Source: Sedimentisphaera cyanobacteriorum (GTDB lineage Bacteria > Planctomycetota > Phycisphaerae > Sedimentisphaerales > Sedimentisphaeraceae). From it: a stretch of DNA of 32,000 nt. Position numbers and translations under genes: made by a program. How positions within the stretch are numbered: position 1 is the first letter of the stretch; each line of letters starts with the position of its first letter. A model generated the notes under the pieces. It searched no databases and was not told where the DNA came from. It saw only the letters and a program-made list of their open reading frames with translations. The stretch covers positions 2,850,001 through 2,882,000 of the forward strand of contig NZ_CP019633.1 in the NCBI RefSeq assembly GCF_001997385.1. The letters are read 5' to 3'. Of the stretch, positions 24,745-31,684 are shown one piece after another.

Positions 24745-25446
24745 ATGTCAAAACTCGCCAAAAATATTATCGGCAATCCGTATATGTTCGCCGGCCGGCG
24801 GTATGACAGCGAATCCGGCCTGTACTACTGCCGCGCAAGATACTACAACCCCGCCTTGGGCGTATTCCACTCCCGCGACCCCCTCGCCTATATCGACAGC
24901 ATGAACCTGTATGCATACTGCACCAATAATCCGGTGAACTACGCTGATCCGTGGGGGCTTTTTTATGAAATCCTAAATCCTAATGGAAATATGGTAGATG
25001 CTGCAGGCAGTGTCTTAGACAATTGCATCACATTGTCATTTCTTTGGTTTACAGGAGCAGGCCCTGATCATTATTATTGTGGAGAAGAAACAAATATAGC
25101 TGAAGCAATGAAAGATGCAGTTGGCGTTAACTTTGCTAGAGAAAGATACTATCAAGAAAAAAGAAAAGACCCAAAGAAAAATGAAGGTAATTATACATAC
25201 GACGCTAGTTATAAATATAATGACCCTGCAAGCTATTATTTAAGCAATGAAAGCTGGATTGAAAAATTTATGGGTTCATATAATGTTCATATTACTGAAA
25301 ATAAAGGCAAATTACATTTTACTGTGACAGATACAAATAGTTTGGGATCATTTTTTGGTGGTGCTTTGGGGCAGTTTGGGTATGACCTTCCGTTGCCGGC
25401 GTCAAATATTTATCAAAACATATCTTGGTCAGAAGAGATGGAGTAA
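24745..25446 (+). CDS. Orphan RHS module 4: shortest core remnant (60 aa) plus a unique tip
   Basis: The ATG directly abuts the upstream stop. The sequence runs MSKLAKNIIGNPYMFAGRRYD...DPWGL and then a unique 162-aa tip. Confidence 0.75.
   Translation: MSKLAKNIIGNPYMFAGRRYDSESGLYYCRARYYNPALGVFHSRDPLAYIDSMNLYAYCTNNPVNYADPWGLFYEILNPNGNMVDAAGSVLDNCITLSFLWFTGAGPDHYYCGEETNIAEAMKDAVGVNFARERYYQEKRKDPKKNEGNYTYDASYKYNDPASYYLSNESWIEKFMGSYNVHITENKGKLHFTVTDTNSLGSFFGGALGQFGYDLPLPASNIYQNISWSEEME
24771..24950 (+). repeat. RHS core copy 4 (180 bp, offset +6485)
   Basis: Aligns to master positions 18286..18465. Confidence 0.9.
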
Positions 25447-25452
25447 AATACT

Positions 25453-25998
25453 GTGATTTCAATCGAAAACTACATATTTATACGTTCTTTGTTGCCCTTT
25501 TTGATAATCAGCCTTGTTGTTGTATCTTTTATTGCCGCAATTCTGCTTAAGACTTATAAGAAAAAAGTATGGCGAAACGCAGCTTCTAAACTCCTCATTC
25601 TTAGCACATTCTTGGTTACGTTTTTACTGTATTTTGGGTCCGTCTCTGGCAAATACACTAAAATTTATGCCGCTTTGGAACCTGAACCTGAAAACAGAAT
25701 GATAGCAGGTATATGGGAAAACCCTAATAAGAAAAAAATAAGCTTCTTCTCAAATGGAAGTGTTGAGATTTCGGAAGGTGATTCTATTTTGAAAGGTACA
25801 TGGGAGATAGTTAAGAGTAACCAAGAAAACAAAGGAAAAACACTTAATATTTACAAAAAAAACGATATTCACAGTAGATACCTGCTTTATAGGTTCTTTG
25901 AAGTATATTGCTTATGTAAATATGAAAAGCAGGATGACCCTCTGTATTTTCCCACCCCCGATTATTACAAAACATCAAAGATTAAGGAGAGCTTATGA
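25453..25998 (+). CDS. Candidate immunity protein for module 4 (two TM helices plus a soluble domain), GTG start
   Basis: It starts 6 nt after the tip stop and is AT-rich. Confidence 0.55.
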   Translation: MISIENYIFIRSLLPFLIISLVVVSFIAAILLKTYKKKVWRNAASKLLILSTFLVTFLLYFGSVSGKYTKIYAALEPEPENRMIAGIWENPNKKKISFFSNGSVEISEGDSILKGTWEIVKSNQENKGKTLNIYKKNDIHSRYLLYRFFEVYCLCKYEKQDDPLYFPTPDYYKTSKIKESL

Positions 25999-26645
25999 AA
26001 CTTAATAATATAGATTTTGCAGGCATCCTTTTGTTGTTGCTAACAAGGTTGCCTTCTATAGCAGGGCTTTTTTTTATAGCAGCTTCAGTTGCTTTTAGCA
26101 TATTGAGGATAATTGGCTTAAAAAAAGCCAATAAGCAACTGACAATTTTATCCATGATTTATGCCTCAATAAGTATATCGCTTGCTCTTTCAATTGTTCT
26201 TCATTGCTCTTTCTCTCATGTTACCTCTAATATTAAGGCTCATTTAAATGCAAGACATTTGCAAACTTGCTTAGAAGAATATATCAATAACAGGAAAGAC
26301 AAAGCAATGATCTTTGAGGACAGTTGGTACAATGAAATTTCAATTTATTCGAGATCTACACCGATAAGCTTTTATGTTACAGCGAAAAAAGGGACAAATT
26401 TTGCGATAAATAAGTCGCTTGTCGGAAGGAAACCATCTGAAATAGTTAATGATACTGTACTTTTTATTGAAACAGATAGCCCAAAAGAGCTAATTAGCAA
26501 AGAAGCATTAAGCAAGGAATACAAAGGGAAGCATCTTTATCTATATGATAGAAATTTGCATTTAAGCAGCTCTCTAAACAATAATAATTTTATAAAAATC
26601 AACAATTTTAATGAATTTGATAGATTGGATTGGGGCCAGGATTAA
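25995..26645 (+). CDS. Second small membrane ORF after module 4, function unclear
   Basis: ATGA overlap with 25453..25998. It has N-terminal hydrophobic helices. The C-terminal segment GTNFAINKSLVGRKPSEIVNDTVLFIE loosely recalls PVC-type prepilin-like proteins, but this is tentative. Confidence 0.5.
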   Translation: MKLNNIDFAGILLLLLTRLPSIAGLFFIAASVAFSILRIIGLKKANKQLTILSMIYASISISLALSIVLHCSFSHVTSNIKAHLNARHLQTCLEEYINNRKDKAMIFEDSWYNEISIYSRSTPISFYVTAKKGTNFAINKSLVGRKPSEIVNDTVLFIETDSPKELISKEALSKEYKGKHLYLYDRNLHLSSSLNNNNFIKINNFNEFDRLDWGQD

Positions 26646-27537
26646 AAAAATATGCACATATTGCGACTATGAAGACCTCGCTTACTATCTGAGCGAGTAT
26701 TACATTGCAGAGCGGGATGCCGCCTTTGCGGAAGAATACTGCGGCTATTTTGCCGATGAGCTGGGCAGCGTGGTGATGTTGTATTCCGCCGAGCCGAACG
26801 GGATTGCTGAGAGATACAGCTATGACGCATTCGGCAGCGTGGAGATAAGCGATCCGAACGGCCAGCCGCTGGATGAAAGCGCAGCCGGCAATCCGTATAT
26901 GTTCGCCGGCCGGCGGTATGACAGCGAATCCGGCCTGTACTACTGCCGCGCAAGATACTACAGCCCCGCCCTGGGCGTATTCCATTCCCGCGACCCGCTC
27001 GGCTATATCGACAGCATGAACCTCTACGCCTACTGCACCAATAACCCCGTAAACTTCATTGATCCCTATGGTGAAAATCTGATTGGCGGAATCATTAACA
27101 TGTTTGCTGGTGAGGGTTTTGATCTATCAGTTGAAATGGGTATGGATGAAGTCAAACAGGTTGGTGCAGCTGCTGGAAAAGGAGCTTTAGATGGGGCTGT
27201 AATAGCAGCGGATGCCTATACTATGGGATTAGTTGGCCCGCTGAACGAACTTGCAGACGAGAAGGTTTGCGAAAACGGAATCGCTGGCAAGGCTTCAAGA
27301 GTTGCTGCAGGAATTTCCTCAACGGCCGCTTATTCTGCTTTGGGGATGAAAATATCTGGCAGTGATATTATAATTGAAGGGCATAAAGGAACAAGATGGC
27401 TACAGTTCAGAAATTATAGGACTGGCCGACCAATTTTCAGGCTTGACAAAGGGCCTGTTCCTGGTAGAGGTACTAAGTGGCATTATCATAGACCGCCTAA
27501 TATTAAACATCACCGTCCTTACGATGGAGGTTTTTAA
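26611..27537 (+). CDS. Orphan RHS module 5: core fragment, a shared 95-aa linker and a His-rich tip
   Basis: The ATG lies inside the 3' end of the upstream ORF. After DPYGE comes ENLIGGIINMFAGEGF...AYSALGM, then KISGSDIIIEGHKGTRWLQFRNYRTGRPIFRLDKGPVPGRGTKWHYHRPPNIKHHRPYDGGF. Confidence 0.8.
   Translation: MNLIDWIGARIKKICTYCDYEDLAYYLSEYYIAERDAAFAEEYCGYFADELGSVVMLYSAEPNGIAERYSYDAFGSVEISDPNGQPLDESAAGNPYMFAGRRYDSESGLYYCRARYYSPALGVFHSRDPLGYIDSMNLYAYCTNNPVNFIDPYGENLIGGIINMFAGEGFDLSVEMGMDEVKQVGAAAGKGALDGAVIAADAYTMGLVGPLNELADEKVCENGIAGKASRVAAGISSTAAYSALGMKISGSDIIIEGHKGTRWLQFRNYRTGRPIFRLDKGPVPGRGTKWHYHRPPNIKHHRPYDGGF
26671..27349 (+). repeat. RHS core copy 5 (26671..27065, offset +8600) plus a 284-bp post-DPxG segment shared only with module 6
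   Basis: Aligns to 28419..29097 at offset +1748. Confidence 0.9.
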
Positions 27538-28154
27538 TGACTGATTTATTTAGCATAAAGGTAAAGTTAGCCAAATTAGTAGAGGATATGCTGAACGGCA
27601 AGGTTAGTGCGCAATATATTCTTGATCAATGGGGAGAGGAATGCTCCTGTAATTTTACGGATAAGGATATTGATGCAATCATACACCAGCTCCAGCATTA
27701 TGCTAACGACAGCGATATTCGAACTAAAGATGAAAAATACGAGGCATATTTCCGGCAGGAGTTTGAATTGTATATCAAAATACTTTTGTCGGAAGTAAAG
27801 CCTCCGGTACTTATTTATGATAAAAAAATCCGAATTTTTGAAACTGTCCTTGCGGCTTGTGAATATTTGAATTATTCTCTGAAAGATACTAACCGCATTA
27901 CGGCATTTGATGCTAATGGTAATTATTTGCAAACTGATAGTACGGAAATGCAAACTATGTATTTTGTTCATAGGCAGTCAAAATTGCCTGTTCCAGAGTC
28001 ATTCCGCAAAGAATTAGAAAAGTTTGTTAAATCTCGAATACATAAAAACAAAGATAAATCAAGGCTAAAAAACGATAAGTTTTTCAGTGATATGAGCATA
28101 AATGAGCTAATCACTTTTATTATAAAGCAGAAGAATGAAAGCGAAAAAAGATAA
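27537..28154 (+). CDS. Candidate immunity protein for module 5 (cytoplasmic, no TM)
   Basis: A TAATG overlap couples it to the toxin ORF. 205 aa, AT-rich. Confidence 0.65.
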   Translation: MTDLFSIKVKLAKLVEDMLNGKVSAQYILDQWGEECSCNFTDKDIDAIIHQLQHYANDSDIRTKDEKYEAYFRQEFELYIKILLSEVKPPVLIYDKKIRIFETVLAACEYLNYSLKDTNRITAFDANGNYLQTDSTEMQTMYFVHRQSKLPVPESFRKELEKFVKSRIHKNKDKSRLKNDKFFSDMSINELITFIIKQKNESEKR

Positions 28155-28163
28155 GAGTAGCTT

Positions 28164-29097
28164 CAGCAGAGCTTTGCATACTCCGGGCATCGCGTGATAG
28201 CGGAATACGACGGCTCGGGCGGCCTGCAGAAACGCTTTGTTTACGGAGCGGGGATTGATGAGGTGGTTTGTATGATTGATGTGGCAAGGCCGGCGGGTGC
28301 AGGCTGGACAGAAAGCATGAGCGATTTGGCGGAGGCGTGGCTTTGCGCCGAGGGCGATTTATGCTATGCTGCAAATGCAGATTACGTTGACAATACAGAG
28401 CCTAATATGATCAACATCGAAGACATCGCTTACTATCTGAGCGAGTATTACATTGCAGAGCGGGATGCCGCCTTTGCGGAAGAATACTGCGGCTATTTTG
28501 CCGATGAGCTGGGCAGTGTGGTGATGTTGTATTCGGCCGAGCCGAACGGGATTGCTGAGAGATACAGCTATGACGCATTCGGCAGCGTGGAGATAAGCGA
28601 TCCGAACGGCCAGCCGCTGGATGAAAGCGCAGCCGGCAATCCGTATATGTTCGCCGGCCGGCGGTATGACAGCGAATCCGGCCTGTACTACTGCCGCGCA
28701 AGATACTACAACCCCGCCTTGGGCGTATTCCACTCCCGCGACCCCCTCGCCTATATCGACAGCATGAACCTCTACGCCTACTGCGCCAATAACCCTGTAA
28801 ACTTCGTCGATCCCTATGGTGAAAATCTGATTGGCGGAATCATTAACATGTTTGCTGGTGAGGGTTTTGATCTATCAGTTGAAATGGGCATGGATGAGGT
28901 TAGGCAGGTTGGTGCAGCTGCTGGAAAAGGAGCCTTGGATGGGGCTGTAATAGCAGCGGATGCCTATACTATGGGATTAGTTGGCCCGCTGAACGAACTT
29001 GCAGACGAGAAGGTTTGCGAAAACGGAATCGCTGGCAAGGCTTCAAGAGTTGCTGCAGGAATTTCCTCAACGGCCGCTTATTCTGCTTTGGGGATGA
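28164..29097 (+). repeat. RHS core copy 6 (28164..28813, offset +10348) plus the linker shared with module 5
   Basis: Aligns to master positions 17816..18465, and to 27066..27349 for the linker. Confidence 0.9.
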
Positions 29098-29192
29098 GGA
29101 GAGCGGGTATTTCAAGCAAAGTCGAAATCCATGGAGCTCATCATAAATTTGGTAGTTTAGGTAAAAGGTCTCATATACAGTTTACAACTTGA
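28194..29192 (+). CDS. Orphan RHS module 6: core fragment, the shared linker and a short, possibly truncated tip
   Basis: GTG start. The frame is open from 28159. The tip RRAGISSKVEIHGAHHKFGSLGKRSHIQFTT stops at a TGA. The readthrough sequence still resembles the module 5 tip. Confidence 0.7.
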   Translation: MIAEYDGSGGLQKRFVYGAGIDEVVCMIDVARPAGAGWTESMSDLAEAWLCAEGDLCYAANADYVDNTEPNMINIEDIAYYLSEYYIAERDAAFAEEYCGYFADELGSVVMLYSAEPNGIAERYSYDAFGSVEISDPNGQPLDESAAGNPYMFAGRRYDSESGLYYCRARYYNPALGVFHSRDPLAYIDSMNLYAYCANNPVNFVDPYGENLIGGIINMFAGEGFDLSVEMGMDEVRQVGAAAGKGALDGAVIAADAYTMGLVGPLNELADEKVCENGIAGKASRVAAGISSTAAYSALGMRRAGISSKVEIHGAHHKFGSLGKRSHIQFTT

Positions 29193-29252
29193 AAATCAGG
29201 CGTTAAAAATTCACACAAGATATTTAGAATTCCTTTACGTTGAGGGTTTAGC

Positions 29253-29603
29253 ATGATTAGAATTAACAATCATATATCTACTATCAATGAACTCATAGAT
29301 CTACTTCATGATCTGTGGATTGACATTTCTACTATTGAATACAATCAACAAAAAGCGAAAATTACTTTTATTGTAGGTAAATTTGTGAAATCAAAAATAT
29401 TTAATAAAAAATTTATTCCTTTATTTAATATAAGCGTGAGCCCGGTTGTTGATTATACACTGAATGACAGTGAAAAGGTAGGTACTTATGATATCAATAA
29501 AATAATCATAAATGGAAATGATCTAATAATTATAACGGGAATTCCATTGGTTTTTGAAATAAAATTGGCAAATAATTATGTTATTGATGTTGAATATAGA
29601 TAG
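29253..29603 (+). CDS. Candidate immunity protein for module 6 (116 aa, cytoplasmic)
   Basis: GAGGG RBS. AT-rich. It lies downstream of the tip. Confidence 0.55.
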   Translation: MIRINNHISTINELIDLLHDLWIDISTIEYNQQKAKITFIVGKFVKSKIFNKKFIPLFNISVSPVVDYTLNDSEKVGTYDINKIIINGNDLIIITGIPLVFEIKLANNYVIDVEYR

Positions 29604-29648
29604 GTAGCTTACCTTTTAAGACCAATTGTTTGAGAAATATTAGAAACA

Positions 29649-30125
29649 ATGTTTAGCGTTGATCATATTGACAGTATAGCTCCGAACGGCCAGTCGCTGG
29701 ATGAAAGCGCAGTTGGCAATTTGTATATGTTCGCCGGCCGTCGGTATGACAGCGAATCCGGCCTGTACTACTGCCGCGCAAGATACTACAACCCCGCCTT
29801 GGGCGTATTCCACTCCCGCGACCCCCTCGCCTATATCGACAGCATAAACCTCTACGCCTACTGCACCAATAACCCTGTAAACTTCGTCGATCCGTGGGGG
29901 CTTACTTATGACATGTTAAACAACAACGGGGAAAACGTCTATATGGGACCAGATAAAATTACAGATATTTATAACTATTGGTATAATCCTCCCGTTCCTC
30001 CAACTCCACAAGGGAATGATGAAGGAAGTCTTTCAAACCCCCATAAATTGACAGAACAAGGCTTAAACAAATATCTTGACAATTATATGTGTAGCTCTCC
30101 CATAGAATTGAACACTTTAAATTAG
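29649..30125 (+). CDS. Orphan RHS module 7: most diverged core remnant plus a 73-aa tip ending just before the IS element
   Basis: The sequence runs MFSVDHIDSIAPNGQSLDESAVGNLYMFAGRRYD...DPWGL, followed by a Pro-rich tip. Confidence 0.7.
   Translation: MFSVDHIDSIAPNGQSLDESAVGNLYMFAGRRYDSESGLYYCRARYYNPALGVFHSRDPLAYIDSINLYAYCTNNPVNFVDPWGLTYDMLNNNGENVYMGPDKITDIYNYWYNPPVPPTPQGNDEGSLSNPHKLTEQGLNKYLDNYMCSSPIELNTLN
29681..29893 (+). repeat. RHS core copy 7 (213 bp, offset +11428), with more substitutions than the other copies
   Basis: Aligns to master positions 18253..18465. Confidence 0.85.
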
Positions 30126-30176
30126 ACGGTTCCTGAATAATATAAACCAACTCAAATATTTAGAAAGGAACTTAAA

Positions 30177-30443
30177 ATGCGAAGATCGAGGTTTAGTGAA
30201 AGCCAGATACTTTCGATTCTCAAGGAGTCAGAAGCCGGTTTAGAGGTCAGTGATTTGACCAGGAAATACGGCATATCCCGTGCCACATTTTACAACTGGA
30301 AGAGCAAGTATTCTGGTATTGGCGGCAGTGAGATAAGGCGTTTACGCGAGTTAGAGCGAGAGAACGGCAAGCTCAAAAAGATGTATGCGGACTTATCATT
30401 AGAGAATAACGTTCTCAAGGATTTAATAGAAAAAAACTTCTAA
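30177..30443 (+). CDS. IS3-family transposase OrfA (HTH plus leucine zipper)
   Basis: MRRSRFSESQILSILKESEAGLEVSDLTRKYGISRATFYNWKSKYSG...LRELERENGKLKKMYADLSLEN is a typical IS3/IS407 OrfA. Confidence 0.9.
   Translation: MRRSRFSESQILSILKESEAGLEVSDLTRKYGISRATFYNWKSKYSGIGGSEIRRLRELERENGKLKKMYADLSLENNVLKDLIEKNF
30431..30437 (+). promoter_or_regulatory. Programmed -1 ribosomal frameshift heptamer A-AAA-AAC joining OrfA to OrfB
   Basis: The zero-frame codons are AAA AAC. The -1 frame is open from 30410 and continues into OrfB. Confidence 0.7.
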
Positions 30444-30496
30444 AGCCTGCCGAGCGAAAGGATTTTGCCAGGCAGGCACATTCTAAGGGCTTATGC

Positions 30497-31321
30497 GTGC
30501 AATCATCTTGTAAAGCAGCAGGCATCAGCCGGGGCAGTTTTTACTATACTCCTTCAAGAAACGATGATGCTGAGGTAAAAAGACAGATAGAGCTGGTAAT
30601 AGATTCCCGTCCTCGACGCGGATTTCCAAAGATATTCGACAGTATCCGCCGCAAGGGATATAGCTGGAATCACAAAAAGGTTTATCGTGTTTATAAGGAA
30701 AATGAATTTCAGCTTAACAACCGTAAAAAGAATTTGATAAGGCAAATAGAGCGTAAACCTATGCCAGAAGCCACGAGAGCTAATGAGATATGGAGTATTG
30801 ATTTTATGAGCGATAGTTTGAGTAATGGTCGGCCATTCAGGGCTTTCAACGTTATCGATGAGTTTAACCGTGAGGCATTGGATATTGAGATCGACACGAG
30901 CTTACCTTCGCTTCGCATAATTCGTAGCCTTGAATTAATAGGCTCTGATCGGGGTTTCCCCCGCTTTATTCGCAGCGATAATGGGCCGGAATTTAGGAGC
31001 CTTCAATTTCGCAGGTTCTGCTGCCGAAACAGAATCAGGCACCGCCGTATAGAAGCAGGCAAGCCTCAGCAAAACAGTTTTATTGAACGATTCAATCGGA
31101 GTTATCGAGAGGATATACTTGATATGTACAGTTTTAAGAATTTATCAGAAGCTCGTAATTTAACTTTAGATTGGCTTATAGAATATAATTATGAGCGTGG
31201 GCACGAATCACTGGGAGAGAAAACTCCTGTAGAGTATGTTCGCAGTTTTTTGCCTTTCACCCCTCAAAATAATTCTGAAGGGGCAAAAGGAAAAAACTGC
31301 TGTTTGAAGGAATTTGTCTAA
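30497..31321 (+). CDS. IS3-family transposase OrfB (DDE/RNase H-fold integrase core)
   Basis: D in IWSIDFMSD, D in IRSDNGPEF, E in NSFIERFNRSYRED. It is probably expressed as an OrfAB fusion from 30177. Confidence 0.9.
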   Translation: MQSSCKAAGISRGSFYYTPSRNDDAEVKRQIELVIDSRPRRGFPKIFDSIRRKGYSWNHKKVYRVYKENEFQLNNRKKNLIRQIERKPMPEATRANEIWSIDFMSDSLSNGRPFRAFNVIDEFNREALDIEIDTSLPSLRIIRSLELIGSDRGFPRFIRSDNGPEFRSLQFRRFCCRNRIRHRRIEAGKPQQNSFIERFNRSYREDILDMYSFKNLSEARNLTLDWLIEYNYERGHESLGEKTPVEYVRSFLPFTPQNNSEGAKGKNCCLKEFV

Positions 31322-31354
31322 TTATTACTGTTCAAAGACAGGGGAGAGGCACAT

Positions 31355-31684
31355 ATGAAAAGGCGACTTAATTATTGGAACCCATTTAGTCCATTTACAC
31401 AAGATACTAAGTATTTTGAAAATTATTCAAACCACTACTATGTTTTGAACGGAAAAAAATATACTGGTGAAGAAGTTAATTATATCGGTGTTGGGGCAGC
31501 TGGCGCTCAAAAAGCTTTGCCAAAATCTATGCCAGAAATATGGAACAGATTTTGGCATGGTCATTCAGCTACTGAAGGAGAAAGTTTTTTTTATGACTAT
31601 GGGCATAACAGATTTAATTACCTATTTCCTCGCGTAAACCAAAGCTTCAATAGGCCCTACTTGGGAGGTGGAATATGGCTTTAA
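31355..31684 (+). CDS. Toxin-tip fragment homologous to the C-terminal half of the primary RHS tip (possible remnant separated by the IS)
   Basis: YTGEEVNYIGVGAAGAQKALPKSMPEIWNRFW...FFYDYGHNRF aligns with YYGRECNPSSVNYIAIGMASARDGLTKTEMKAMIFGWK...FFAEWGYSYY of 13883..18877. No RHS core precedes it. Confidence 0.5.
   Translation: MKRRLNYWNPFSPFTQDTKYFENYSNHYYVLNGKKYTGEEVNYIGVGAAGAQKALPKSMPEIWNRFWHGHSATEGESFFYDYGHNRFNYLFPRVNQSFNRPYLGGGIWL

Larger units (their letters stand above)
30134..31334 (+). mobile_element. IS3-family insertion sequence (IS407-group-like orfA/orfB), boundaries approximate
   Basis: Two overlapping-frame transposase ORFs. Imperfect terminal inverted repeats TGAATAATATAAA / TTATTACTGTTCA give about 9 of 13 matches. 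No clear target-site duplication was seen. Confidence 0.7.

Noticed and set aside
17376-28733. Many long minus-strand ORFs inside the RHS core copies. Examples are 17376..18026, 18011..18385, 18063..18482, 19355..20095, 20080..20454, 20132..20554, 21730..22104, 21782..22294, 23270..23626, 26608..26985, 26642..26953, 28120..28374, 28359..28733 and 28411..28701. They recur as near-identical 'protein families'.
   Set aside because: They recur only because the underlying DNA is repeated. Their translations are Arg/Pro/Ser/Ala-rich low-complexity sequence, which is typical of antisense frames in GC-rich coding DNA. The plus strand carries unmistakable RHS core motifs in the same intervals.
17489-29893. 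Possibility that the regularly recurring repeats form a CRISPR array or another short-repeat array.
   Set aside because: The repeat units are 180 to 977 bp long, of unequal length and protein-coding. The 'spacers' are 1 to 2 kb and contain ORFs. No short (24 to 48 bp) regularly spaced direct repeats were seen anywhere in the window.
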